Shown in pieces: positions 37,485 through 46,437 of a DNA stretch of 64,000 nt (the first letter of the stretch is position 1; each line of letters begins with the position of its first letter). The notes beneath the pieces were generated by a model. The model was not told the DNA's origin. It saw nothing but the letters and a program-made list of their open reading frames with translations, and searched no databases. The stretch is from Patescibacteria group bacterium (GTDB lineage Bacteria; Patescibacteriota; Microgenomatia; UBA1400; PJMF01). The position numbers were made by a program, and so were the translations under genes. The stretch spans positions 387,271 to 451,270 of the forward strand of contig BOKR01000001.1 of the NCBI GenBank assembly GCA_016861085.1. The letters run 5' to 3'.

Positions 37485-38711
37485 CTACGCGTGCTCAAGT
37501 TCTTTTTGTGGCATTTTAATTTTATGAGGGACAACAAACAATAAAGTTACTGCAATTACGGCCAACGTTACACCTAAAATTGAAAATGATGCTTTATATC
37601 CTGTTTGGCTGGCTAAAAATGTAGCAATAATTGGACCAATTACATAGGCCAAGCTCGTTGAAGATCCCTGTAATCCTATCATTTCGTTACTCTTATCTTT
37701 GAGTCTACTCACATAATCTTCAAATGTTGCTTTTAACTCTGGTATGGCTGCACCCATAAAAAGTGATGTCATTGCAGTTAAGAATAATAGTACTGGAATT
37801 GATTCAATAAAATGAAATCCACTTAAGAATAGCCCGGCTATTGCACTACTAATCAGTGCTATTTTTTTCTTTCCGGTGTCTAAGTTGAGTTTTCCTAAAG
37901 CAAAACCAACTAAGATGGCTGGAGCTATATACGCTGTGATAAATAAGCTGCCAAGTTTACTGGTTTCACTGAGTTCTTGTGAAAGTAACGTGCCGATTGT
38001 CCAAAACCCAGCATCTATTGTTGTTAGTGCTACTTCTAGAAGAAGTAATGGCCAGACCTTTGGTAATAATAACTTCCAAATTCTAAACTCTGTAGTCCAT
38101 GATTTCTTTATGGGGACTTGTGTGTCAGCATTAAATCTATTTTTGACAAACTTTTTTTTGAAAATGAGTGAAAGTACAATAGCAACAGCGAGAAGTAAAC
38201 AGACCAAAATAAAATTGATTGAGTAGCCAAAGCTGAGCAATTGCACAACAATGATGGGTGCGAGTGCATACGCAGAGGATTGGAATGCTTGGATTAATCC
38301 CCATGTTTTTGAGTGCTCATGAAGTCGAGCATATGAATGAACAAAATGGAATGATGAAAAAAGGTTGAGTTCATAGTAAATACCCCAAATTCCCATGGCA
38401 ATTAGAAAAGTAATTATATGGTTTGGAAATAACAAATAAGTTAGAGGAAGCATAACAGCTGCTAAGAGTGTTGCCTTCAAAAAAAAGTAGTGTGGCTGGT
38501 TTGTAAATAATTTTGGAAATAGTACGTCACAAATGATTCCAATAACTGATGAGAATGAGAAAATTAATCCCATCAAAAATGCATCGTTAACTTGTGATTC
38601 GATAAAGATGGGACTGACGTACGACATGATCGCATCAGCAAATGATATAAAGAAAATAATTGGAATAAAAAGAAACAGTGATCGATTCTTCACTTTTCTA
38701 TTATGACACAA
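37485..38711 (-). CDS. MFS-type transporter-like membrane protein (12 TM)
   Basis: Twelve hydrophobic helices in two six-helix halves. Abuts the ileS stop. Confidence 0.45.
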   Translation of the reverse strand: MCHNRKVKNRSLFLFIPIIFFISFADAIMSYVSPIFIESQVNDAFLMGLIFSFSSVIGIICDVLFPKLFTNQPHYFFLKATLLAAVMLPLTYLLFPNHIITFLIAMGIWGIYYELNLFSSFHFVHSYARLHEHSKTWGLIQAFQSSAYALAPIIVVQLLSFGYSINFILVCLLLAVAIVLSLIFKKKFVKNRFNADTQVPIKKSWTTEFRIWKLLLPKVWPLLLLEVALTTIDAGFWTIGTLLSQELSETSKLGSLFITAYIAPAILVGFALGKLNLDTGKKKIALISSAIAGLFLSGFHFIESIPVLLFLTAMTSLFMGAAIPELKATFEDYVSRLKDKSNEMIGLQGSSTSLAYVIGPIIATFLASQTGYKASFSILGVTLAVIAVTLLFVVPHKIKMPQKELEHA

Positions 38712-41558
38712 CTACGGAACAATTTGTAAGTCATCACCTTTAATCAAAGTAGTATTGGTTTTCTTTTCTATTTCAGTTTTCCAATTTTTTGGCCAATCAG
38801 GAGCCTGAACAGTCGCTGGATCACCAACTTGTAGTCCGGCTTTCTTACGCAATTTTTGAATGTTTCGCATCAACTCTCTTGCATCACCCTCTTCGCGAAG
38901 CATATCAGTTACTTTGGTATCTAAGAGCACCCGCATGGTTTCGGTTGACTGCTTCCAATCGATTTCTTTGACGTTTACTTCATCTGCCAAAACATCCAAG
39001 AGTTTTTTTTCAGGAGCCTTAATGGTAACAAAACAGGTAACTTTAGCGAGTGGTTGTCTTACCTTTATACTTGCCTCACTTCGCAGGGCATGAGTCTTTT
39101 CAACAACTTTCCTGACTTCTTCCATCTGTGCTTCGAGTTCAGTGTCAATAAGTTTTGTATCAAATTCTGGCCAATCAGAGTGATGTATGCTTGTTGTATC
39201 GCTGACCATGTTGTGCCACATCAATTCGCTAAAGAATGGAGTAAATGGTGCAAACAGCTGTGCCAGTTTGACTAAGACATATCCAAACACATCAGCTGAG
39301 GCACTTTCTTCACGAATCCTGTCACGACTTCTTCGCAAATACCAGGTTGAAAGTTCATCAACAAAATCCATTAGCCCTCTGCTGGCTCTGACCAAATCAT
39401 AATTATCCATGTACTGTGTGGTCTCTTTGATCAGAGTATGCAACCTACTTAATATCCACTGATCCATAACATCATTAGATTTTGGGGTTTTCTCTAAATC
39501 AATTGTATGATTTTTTGGTGCGTACATTTTATAGAATGCAAACATGTTCCACCAGATTAAGAAGACTTTTTTACGGATCTCTGAAACTTCATTTTCACTG
39601 AAGTTAAGATTCTCAGATTTCATCACCGTTGAGCTCATAAGGTATAGTCGTAAGCTATCTACGCCATATTCATTAATGAGCAAGAGTGGGTCAGGATAAT
39701 TTTTCTTTGATTTGCTCATTTTACTGCCATCTTCAGCAAGAATTGTGCCCGTGGTCAGTGTGTTATCAACTGCATGCTTTCCAAAAATTCCTACAGAAAT
39801 AACGTGCATGGTGTAAAACCAGGCTCTGGTTTGCGCGATATATTCGCTGACAAATTGAGCAGGATATGTTTCTTCAAATTCTTGCTTATTTTCAAACGGA
39901 TAATGACGTGAGGCGTACGGCATAGAACCAGACTCTACCCAACAGTCAAAAACTTCTGGAATTCTGGTACCTTGTATTGTTTTTGCATCATCAACCCAAA
40001 CTGCTATATCATCTAAAAACTCTCTGTGAATATCTGTAAGTTTTTCAGTTTGTTTTGGATTGACTGCCCATTGTTGTAATTCTTTAATAGAACCAACAAC
40101 TCTCAAGTGTTTTTTGTCAGCACTAACCCACACTGGCATAGGAGTGCCCCAGTATCTAGATCTAGAAATATTCCAATCCGGTGCGGTTTCCAGGCCTTTA
40201 CCAAAACGACCATATTTCAAGTGCTCAGGATACCAATTCATGTGTTCGTTTTGTTCGATCAAATCCTTTTTTAGTTTTTGAACGTCAATAAACCATGCTG
40301 GTACAGCATTGTAGTACAAAGGAGTAGCGCAACGATAACAGAATGGATATGAGTGAGTAATTTTTTCTTCTCTGAACATGAGGTTTCGCGCAGCTAGATC
40401 TGCATTGATGATTTTTTCGGCACTTTTATAAAACTTCCCTGCAACTATCTCAACAAATGGTAAAAATTTCCCTTCATCACTGAGAGTTGGAACAAGTGGA
40501 AGATCTTCTTTGAGTGCGAGTGCATAGTCATCTTCACCAAAAATCGCGGCAGTGTGTACGATTCCAGTACCATCTTCCATACTGACAAAATTACCTGCTA
40601 GAACTGACCAACCGTTTGGCTTGTCTGAGGTTACATAGGGGAACAGAGGCTCGTAGTGTTTGCCCACGAGTTTTTTTCCCTTTACTGTCTGTTTGATTAC
40701 ATATTTTTTGTTAGCAAAAACCTTTTCAACCAGTTCTTTTGCAACCCAAAGGAGTTCTGTTCCGTTTTCACTTTCTTTGCTCTCAACTTGTACATATTGA
40801 GCATCAGGATCAACAGCCAAGCCGACATTTCCTGGAAGCGTCCAAGGAGTTGTAGTCCAAGCAACAAAATATTCGTTTTCGTTTTTGGTTGTTCTGTCTT
40901 TTGAAACGAGTTTGAATTTAATATATACGGAAAAATCTTCAACGTCTTCATATGAGTTGTCCATTGCAATCTCAAAATTAGAAAGTGGTGTAGCACATCT
41001 TGGACAGTACATGACGATTTTTCTGCCCTCATATACTAATCCCTTATCAAAAAGTTGTTTAAATCCCCACCAGACTGATTCCATATAGGTGGTGTCCATA
41101 GTTTTGTAGTTATTTTTGAAGTCAACCCAACGGCCTAATCGAGCGATGATTTTTTCCCACTCAGTATCTAGTCTTAACACTTCTGTTTTACATGCTTGAT
41201 TAAACTTGTCGATGCCAAGATCTTCGATTCCTTTTTTACCACCTTTGATATCAAGTTGTTTTTCAATCATGTTTTCAATTGGTAGACCATGACAGTCCCA
41301 ACCCCAAACACGTTCTACACGATAGCCTTTCATTGTCCAGTACCTTGGAACCACGTCTTTACTGGTTGAGCCAAGTAAATGGCCATAATGAGGTAAACCA
41401 GTGGCAAATGGAGGACCGTCGTAAAATACATACGACTTTTTTTTGTCTCGCATTTCGACTGATTTTTCAAACGATTTGTTTTGTTGCCAATATGTAAGCA
41501 CTGACTCTTCAAGTTCAGCCAGGTTTGGTCTTTGTGGTAGTTGGTTTAGTTTTAACAT
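38712..41558 (-). CDS. ileS: Isoleucyl-tRNA synthetase (eukaryote-like type 2)
   Basis: PPFATGLPHYGHLLGSTSKDVVPRYWTMKGYRVERVWGWDCHGLPIE (HIGH region, type-2 IleRS). KMSKSKKN. CP1 editing domain. 948 aa. Confidence 0.9.
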   Translation of the reverse strand: MLKLNQLPQRPNLAELEESVLTYWQQNKSFEKSVEMRDKKKSYVFYDGPPFATGLPHYGHLLGSTSKDVVPRYWTMKGYRVERVWGWDCHGLPIENMIEKQLDIKGGKKGIEDLGIDKFNQACKTEVLRLDTEWEKIIARLGRWVDFKNNYKTMDTTYMESVWWGFKQLFDKGLVYEGRKIVMYCPRCATPLSNFEIAMDNSYEDVEDFSVYIKFKLVSKDRTTKNENEYFVAWTTTPWTLPGNVGLAVDPDAQYVQVESKESENGTELLWVAKELVEKVFANKKYVIKQTVKGKKLVGKHYEPLFPYVTSDKPNGWSVLAGNFVSMEDGTGIVHTAAIFGEDDYALALKEDLPLVPTLSDEGKFLPFVEIVAGKFYKSAEKIINADLAARNLMFREEKITHSYPFCYRCATPLYYNAVPAWFIDVQKLKKDLIEQNEHMNWYPEHLKYGRFGKGLETAPDWNISRSRYWGTPMPVWVSADKKHLRVVGSIKELQQWAVNPKQTEKLTDIHREFLDDIAVWVDDAKTIQGTRIPEVFDCWVESGSMPYASRHYPFENKQEFEETYPAQFVSEYIAQTRAWFYTMHVISVGIFGKHAVDNTLTTGTILAEDGSKMSKSKKNYPDPLLLINEYGVDSLRLYLMSSTVMKSENLNFSENEVSEIRKKVFLIWWNMFAFYKMYAPKNHTIDLEKTPKSNDVMDQWILSRLHTLIKETTQYMDNYDLVRASRGLMDFVDELSTWYLRRSRDRIREESASADVFGYVLVKLAQLFAPFTPFFSELMWHNMVSDTTSIHHSDWPEFDTKLIDTELEAQMEEVRKVVEKTHALRSEASIKVRQPLAKVTCFVTIKAPEKKLLDVLADEVNVKEIDWKQSTETMRVLLDTKVTDMLREEGDARELMRNIQKLRKKAGLQVGDPATVQAPDWPKNWKTEIEKKTNTTLIKGDDLQIVP

Positions 41559-41569
41559 AGTGTTTTTTT

Positions 41570-41962
41570 CTATTTGTTTTTATTTGCTTTGTTTTTTTTG
41601 TATGCAGCCTTTATTCTATCAACTAAATGCCCGGGAAGCATGGGGATTTCCAATTTATCAACATCGCGGTCGGTTAACTCAAACATTTGTAAGGCTCTGT
41701 AGGTATCTCTTACATCAATCCAAGCCGCAATTACTTCGTCAACACCAGCCTCATTTCTTAATCGGTGTTGTCTGTCAAGAAAAAATCTTGCACATTCTTT
41801 GCTTTCTAATCTTTCTACATACCAAGGTTTAGCCTCGGCTTTTTCTTCCTGTTCATACCATGCTTTTCGTCTAAGACTAGCACTTGCCCCTTTTTTTGCA
41901 ACTGCAACTGGAACTGGAACTGGCACACGTTCCTCTTGCTCTTGTCTTAGAATCTTTTTCAT
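41570..41962 (-). CDS. Hypothetical Lys/Glu-rich protein with PVPVPVAVA repeat (about 130 aa) between the T-box-like leader and ileS
   Basis: Coding-like ORF. Start moved to ATG 41962 (the ORF-track start at 41995 is a TTG). Contains the in-frame hexanucleotide tandem repeat (GCAACT)2(GGAACT)2. Confidence 0.45.
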   Translation of the reverse strand: MKKILRQEQEERVPVPVPVAVAKKGASASLRRKAWYEQEEKAEAKPWYVERLESKECARFFLDRQHRLRNEAGVDEVIAAWIDVRDTYRALQMFELTDRDVDKLEIPMLPGHLVDRIKAAYKKNKANKNK

Positions 41963-41991
41963 ATATGTTCCTATTTTTTTACTTAGTACAT

Positions 41992-42298
41992 ACAAAAAGC
42001 CCTCTTGTAATTAGTGTTTTTTCGCGCGAAACGCACTTTTTTCACTAATCACAAGAGGGCCTTCAAGTATACAAACTAAACGGCGGTACCACCTCTTTTT
42101 CTGGAGTAAACGGGTTAGAATTTTCTAACCGATTTCTGATAACCAGAATCTTAATTTCCTGCGATTACGGGCTTACCCGGAAAGATCTAGTTGCTTGTGC
42201 ATGGTCTTGCCAGTGCGCAAACGTTCTTCTTTCACCTCGTCCTGTGATACTCAGCCAAGGGCTGACAGAACTTGTATCGGTTTTTTAATTTTTGAATT
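41992..42298 (-). promoter_or_regulatory. Candidate T-box riboswitch leader (likely tRNA-Ile-responsive) with intrinsic terminator immediately upstream of the small ORF + ileS
   Basis: The minus-strand RNA carries AGAGGUGGUACCGCCG (T-box consensus AGGGUGGNACCGCG; N=U would pair with discriminator A73 of tRNA-Ile). It is followed about 20 nt later by an 18-bp hairpin GCCCUCUUGUGAUUAGUG...CACUAAUUACAAGAGGGC + UUUUU. The terminator 5' arm (CCCUCU) can alternatively pair with the T-box AGAGG, forming an antiterminator. Several AUC codons lie in upstream hairpins. Candidate promoter TCGACG-17-TgtTACAAT at about 42305-42333. Confidence 0.5.
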
Positions 42299-42323
42299 TC
42301 GGGTATTGTAACATATACCTTTT

Positions 42324-42755
42324 TTATCGTCGATAGTGATTATTTTTTTTTGGGATTGGTGGTTCTGGAATTCCACTTCTTTCTTCTAAAGTCATTCTGT
42401 GCCAGAGTTGGTATAGAGTCCAGTCATTTTCACCCTTTGAAAGATTGTTTCTTCTTCGATGTAAGTGGTCAAAATAGTGGCAACGAATACAATACAGCCG
42501 CACATTATCTAACCGATTAAATCGTTTATTATCTCCGTGCTGTATATGCGCAACTTCAAGACTTCGTACATTTGGACATCTGTTCATGCGTTCTCTACCA
42601 TTTGCATCTCTTGTCCTACTTTCACAACGACCTCCTGCTCTCTCATATAGGGATTGTTCAGTTTTTCTATCAATAGCACTGTTGAGGACTAAATAAAGGA
42701 CTGAGGAAATAAAGGCAAACTCTAGACTTTTTGTAAAAATTTCTTTGCGATTCAT
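42324..42755 (-). CDS. HNH endonuclease-family protein with N-terminal hydrophobic segment
   Basis: C..C ... LEVAHIQHGDNKRFNRLDNVRLYCIRCHYFDH, i.e. the HNH (His-Asn-His with CxxC/CxxCH zinc ligands) motif. 143 aa. Confidence 0.65.
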   Translation of the reverse strand: MNRKEIFTKSLEFAFISSVLYLVLNSAIDRKTEQSLYERAGGRCESRTRDANGRERMNRCPNVRSLEVAHIQHGDNKRFNRLDNVRLYCIRCHYFDHLHRRRNNLSKGENDWTLYQLWHRMTLEERSGIPEPPIPKKNNHYRR

Positions 42756-42808
42756 GTATGTTAGTTTGGTATTCTATCATGGGAATAAAGCAATGATACA
42801 ATTGTGAT

Positions 42809-43627
42809 ATGACACAAGAAAATTTCATCGATTTTATCTCAACTACTTTGCAAGGTGCGGCAAAAATTGCAGACAAAAATTTTGGAAAAGTTTCATCAAT
42901 TTCAACTAAAACTGGTGACAACAACCAAGTTTTGACAGAGACTGACTTGGAGGTTGGTTACTTTATCATTAACGAAATTCAAAGGGTTTTCCCAGAACAT
43001 AGTATTATTGATGAAGAAGCTGGAGTGATTGATAAAAAATCACAATATACTTGGGTGGTTGATCCAATTGATGGCACAAGCAATTTTGCAAATGGTCTGA
43101 AGACTTACGGTATTATGATGGGGCTTTTGAAGAATGATATCGCAATAGCTGGGGGTATCGTATTGCCAGGATTTAATGAATTATATGTTGCACAAAAAGA
43201 TATGGGTGCATTTTGTAATGATGTTAAAGTATTTGTTTCATCCGAAACCAATCTGCTTAAATCTTTAATTTCGTATGGAATTGATGGACATCAGGAAAAT
43301 CCAGAAGTTACCTATGATGAAACAAAAATCCTTGCGAATATTATTTTAGGTATTAGAAACTTGCGAACAACAAATAGTGCTTATGATATGGCACAAGTAA
43401 TTTGCGGTAGATATGGTGCCTTCTTGAATAGAACAACAAAAATTTGGGACAATGTTGCTTTACAGCCAATTGTTGAAGAAGCTGGTGGAATTGTCACTGA
43501 TTTTTGGGGTAAACCAATGGATTACACAAATGCTTTGCAAAGGTCAAATGAAAACTTTACTATTTGTGCGGCTGCTCCGCAATTGCATAAACAATTACAA
43601 GAAATTATTCATAATCAGGAGAAATAA
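42809..43627 (+). CDS. Inositol monophosphatase family protein (SuhB/IMPase-like)
   Basis: Motifs EEAG (metal-binding), WVVDPIDGTSNFANG, and a C-terminal (W)D.A(A/G) region. Confidence 0.85.
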   Translation: MTQENFIDFISTTLQGAAKIADKNFGKVSSISTKTGDNNQVLTETDLEVGYFIINEIQRVFPEHSIIDEEAGVIDKKSQYTWVVDPIDGTSNFANGLKTYGIMMGLLKNDIAIAGGIVLPGFNELYVAQKDMGAFCNDVKVFVSSETNLLKSLISYGIDGHQENPEVTYDETKILANIILGIRNLRTTNSAYDMAQVICGRYGAFLNRTTKIWDNVALQPIVEEAGGIVTDFWGKPMDYTNALQRSNENFTICAAAPQLHKQLQEIIHNQEK

Positions 43628-44145
43628 TGCAGGAAGAATTTGTTGATATCGTTACTCAAGCAGACGAAGTAATTGGAAGCTGTTCAAAAGTTGAAGCTCA
43701 TCAAAAAGGTTTGTTGCACAGAACCGTTATTGCAGAAATTATTAGACCAAATGGTGATTGGGTTTTGGTACAGCAAGCAAGTGATAGACAGGATGCCGGT
43801 CAATTTGTGTCTCCTGTTGGTGGTCATGTTAGTTCTGGAGAGAGTGAAGATAACGCTCTTAAACGAGAAGCATTTGAAGAGTGTGGATTAGATGGAGATG
43901 TTACTTTCAAACTGATTGGAAAGAAGATTTTCAATCGTGAAGTAAATGGAAAAAAAGAAAACCATTATTTTATTTTGTATGAAATTTATACTGACGCTGA
44001 ATTAGTTATCAATCATGAGTCCGTTGGTTTTGAAACGTTTTCTAAAGCAGAACTCAAAAAGCAATTACAAGAAGATCCAAAAAAATTTGGAGATGCATTC
44101 TTGTTTGTAGTCAGAGAATTCTACCGAGATTTACTCTCGGTATAA
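43627..44145 (+). CDS. NUDIX hydrolase
   Basis: Nudix box GGHVSSGESEDNALKREAFEECGL (G.5E.7REuxEExGu). ATGA overlap with the upstream IMPase gene. Confidence 0.8.
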   Translation: MQEEFVDIVTQADEVIGSCSKVEAHQKGLLHRTVIAEIIRPNGDWVLVQQASDRQDAGQFVSPVGGHVSSGESEDNALKREAFEECGLDGDVTFKLIGKKIFNREVNGKKENHYFILYEIYTDAELVINHESVGFETFSKAELKKQLQEDPKKFGDAFLFVVREFYRDLLSV

Positions 44146-44149
44146 AATT

Positions 44150-45052
44150 TTATCCCTTATATACTTTTTTTAGTTTTGCAAGGTCAAATTTTTTCATTTT
44201 TAAAAACTCTTGCGTAACACGGGCAATTTGTTCTTGAGTACCTTCAGCCATCATTTTATCTAAATCGCTTGGTACTACTTGCCAAGAAACGCCAAATGTA
44301 TCTTTGAGCCAGCCACACTGTTCAGCCTCTGGAACTGCTGAAAGTTTATCCCAGTAGTAATCTATTTCTTCTTGATTTTTACAATTAACAACAAAAGAAA
44401 TAGCTTCATTAAAAGCAAATTTATGTTCATAGCCGCTATCCATTGCAGCAAACCAAGTATCAAGTAGTTTAAAATCTGCAAACATAACGGCTCCTTCTTT
44501 GTCGAATTCTTGCCCTGGGCCATATTTAGCAATCGTACCCATCTGAGAATTTTTAAATACTGAGCGATAAAAATTGATAGCTTCCTCTGCTTTGTTGTAG
44601 ACTTCGCCAACAAATAGCAGCGAAGGCACAATTTTTGGTCTCTCCTCTCCTTTTGGATCTGACAATATTAATTGCCAAGAGAGTCCATACTTATCTTGAA
44701 TCCAACCGTAGCGTTTACTGAACGGATACTCTTGTAGGGGCATGAGTGCCGTGCCGCCCTCTGAAAGTTTTTCCCACATGCTGTCAAGATTTTTACGAGC
44801 ATTTTTTTCTTTTGACGGATCAAAATTTACAAAAAAAGATATCGATGGATTGAATTTAAAAAGTGGGCCAGCCGAAATAAGAGTAAAGTCATGATTTTCT
44901 ATGGTCAATGAAACAATATCTACAGAGCCTGAAGGGGTGTCATGCAAAGTCGAGGTGTTGTTTATTTTAGAATTTTTGAAAACATCTGTATAAAATTCTG
45001 CGGCTTCTTTTGCCTGTGTATCAAACCAAAGATGAGATCCAATTTTATGCAT
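44150..45052 (-). CDS. Tandem-domain VOC-superfamily protein (two PhnB / 3-demethylubiquinone-9 3-methyltransferase-like PF06983-type domains)
   Basis: Both halves begin ..[21 protein letters not shown] / ..[25 protein letters not shown], matching the (I/L)WF(D/N)G.AEEA..FY..(V/I)F signature of this family. Confidence 0.6.
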   Translation of the reverse strand: MHKIGSHLWFDTQAKEAAEFYTDVFKNSKINNTSTLHDTPSGSVDIVSLTIENHDFTLISAGPLFKFNPSISFFVNFDPSKEKNARKNLDSMWEKLSEGGTALMPLQEYPFSKRYGWIQDKYGLSWQLILSDPKGEERPKIVPSLLFVGEVYNKAEEAINFYRSVFKNSQMGTIAKYGPGQEFDKEGAVMFADFKLLDTWFAAMDSGYEHKFAFNEAISFVVNCKNQEEIDYYWDKLSAVPEAEQCGWLKDTFGVSWQVVPSDLDKMMAEGTQEQIARVTQEFLKMKKFDLAKLKKVYKG

Positions 45053-45192
45053 TACATGCTTTCTTATGCTAATTTTTACAGGTAGCTTTCTTGGATTAGT
45101 ATAACAACTTAGTTAGTATTAAAACAACTTTAATTTGATGAAACAGACTATTCTCACATGGTCTAGTCAATGCAGTATATTACTGATATAGT

Positions 45193-46248
45193 TTGCTCTC
45201 GATGATATTTTTTGAACTATATCGACCACATGGTATTGATTTTCCTCAATTTTTTGAAGCAGCAAAGATGTGGTGGCGGGGGGATAATCCATACCTTACC
45301 CTTTTGACTTCACCTGGACCATTTAATTATCCGCCCTCTTCATTTTATTTTTTATGGTGGTTAGATTTATTGCCATTTTTTTGGTCTGCAGTTGTTTGGA
45401 ATTATTTGTCATTGTTTGCATTTTTGTTGAGTCTATTTTTGTTAACTAAATTGATTTGGGTGAGTAAATGGAAATTACACTATTTTTTGTATGCTGCTGT
45501 GTTTTTTACAGTGCCTTTTTTCCCAGAAAAATTCAACATGGGTAATGGTCAAATGAATAATTTTATTTTTTTGTTTGTGGTTTTGAGTTGGTGGTGGCGT
45601 TCTCAAAAAAAGACATGGTTAAGTGCTGGAGCCCTAGCATATGCAATCAGTATTAAGCTGACTCCAGCCGCATTTTTGTTACCACTGTTTGTTGAAAAAG
45701 ATTGGAAGCAAATTCTAAGAACAGTAGGCGTAACCATACTTCTACTCATTTCTCCTGTGCTTCTTTTTGGTTGGAAAGATATACAACCTTATACTACCTC
45801 TGTTTTTTTTGAAGGATTTGGCATGAATGGCAAGGATATTTACTACAATCAATCTTTGCTGGCTTTTTTGCTGAGAACTTTTTCCGATTCAAGTGCGACT
45901 ATTTTGTTTAAAATAAGTTGGGTTCTTTTCCCCTTACTTTCTTGGGTTGCACTTGCTAAAAGTCAGCTCAAAAAAAACGGCGAAATATTTGCAATAAGCA
46001 TGGCGATTGCCACTTCTCTGTATTTAATGCTTCACCCTCTTGCATGGCAACATCATTTTGTGTTTGCGGTGATACCATTGCTTGTTGTCTGGAAATTTGT
46101 TTCAAAGTGGCTGGTGGCGATTTGTTTTGTGTTACTTGCAAGCAATATTCGTCAGCCTGATTTGGTACCAGCATGGGCATCAGTGATACTGTCACATCAA
46201 TTTCTAGGCGTGTTTTTGTTGTGGGTGGGGTTGCTTAGTAAAAACTAA
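45193..46248 (+). CDS. Polytopic membrane protein, possibly GT-C/DUF2029 (GT87-like) glycosyltransferase
   Basis: N-terminal DFPQFFEAAKMWWRGDNPY followed by about 9 Trp-rich TM helices. The assignment is by resemblance only. Confidence 0.4.
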   Translation: MLSMIFFELYRPHGIDFPQFFEAAKMWWRGDNPYLTLLTSPGPFNYPPSSFYFLWWLDLLPFFWSAVVWNYLSLFAFLLSLFLLTKLIWVSKWKLHYFLYAAVFFTVPFFPEKFNMGNGQMNNFIFLFVVLSWWWRSQKKTWLSAGALAYAISIKLTPAAFLLPLFVEKDWKQILRTVGVTILLLISPVLLFGWKDIQPYTTSVFFEGFGMNGKDIYYNQSLLAFLLRTFSDSSATILFKISWVLFPLLSWVALAKSQLKKNGEIFAISMAIATSLYLMLHPLAWQHHFVFAVIPLLVVWKFVSKWLVAICFVLLASNIRQPDLVPAWASVILSHQFLGVFLLWVGLLSKN

Positions 46249-46309
46249 AAAATAGTTCTGAAATAAAAGAGTAAAAAAACAGCAATATGTAATGGTGCAG
46301 TACTTTCGG

Positions 46310-46380
46310 AGCGGGATACGGGAATCGGACCCGCTTCTCATCCTTGGGAAGGATGCATACTACCAGTGTACTAATCCCGC
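46310..46380 (-). tRNA. tRNA-Gly (anticodon CCC)
   Basis: The reverse complement GCGGGATTAGTACACTGGTAGTATGCATCCTTCCCAAGGATGAGAAGCGGGTCCGATTCCCGTATCCCGC folds as a cloverleaf. Anticodon stem CATCC/GGATG with loop TTCCCAA. 7-bp acceptor GCGGGAT/ATCCCGC. Confidence 0.8.
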
Positions 46381-46437
46381 ACTGATATCTTTTATGTTTA
46401 TTGCAAGCCATTGAAGTTACATACCAAAAACAACAAT

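Noticed and set aside
42000-42320. Possibility that the 300-nt non-coding region encodes SRP (4.5S/scRNA) RNA, RNase P RNA, tmRNA or an IscB-type omega RNA associated with the HNH gene
   Set aside because: The apparent CAGCCAAGG match to SRP domain IV lies in a short self-complementary hairpin and lacks the GGAA/AGCA context. No RNase P CR-I/CR-V or tmRNA tag/tRNA-like ends were seen. The HNH protein is far too small (143 aa, no RuvC) for IscB, and the RNA lies 3' of it. The T-box consensus plus terminator/antiterminator geometry explains the region better.
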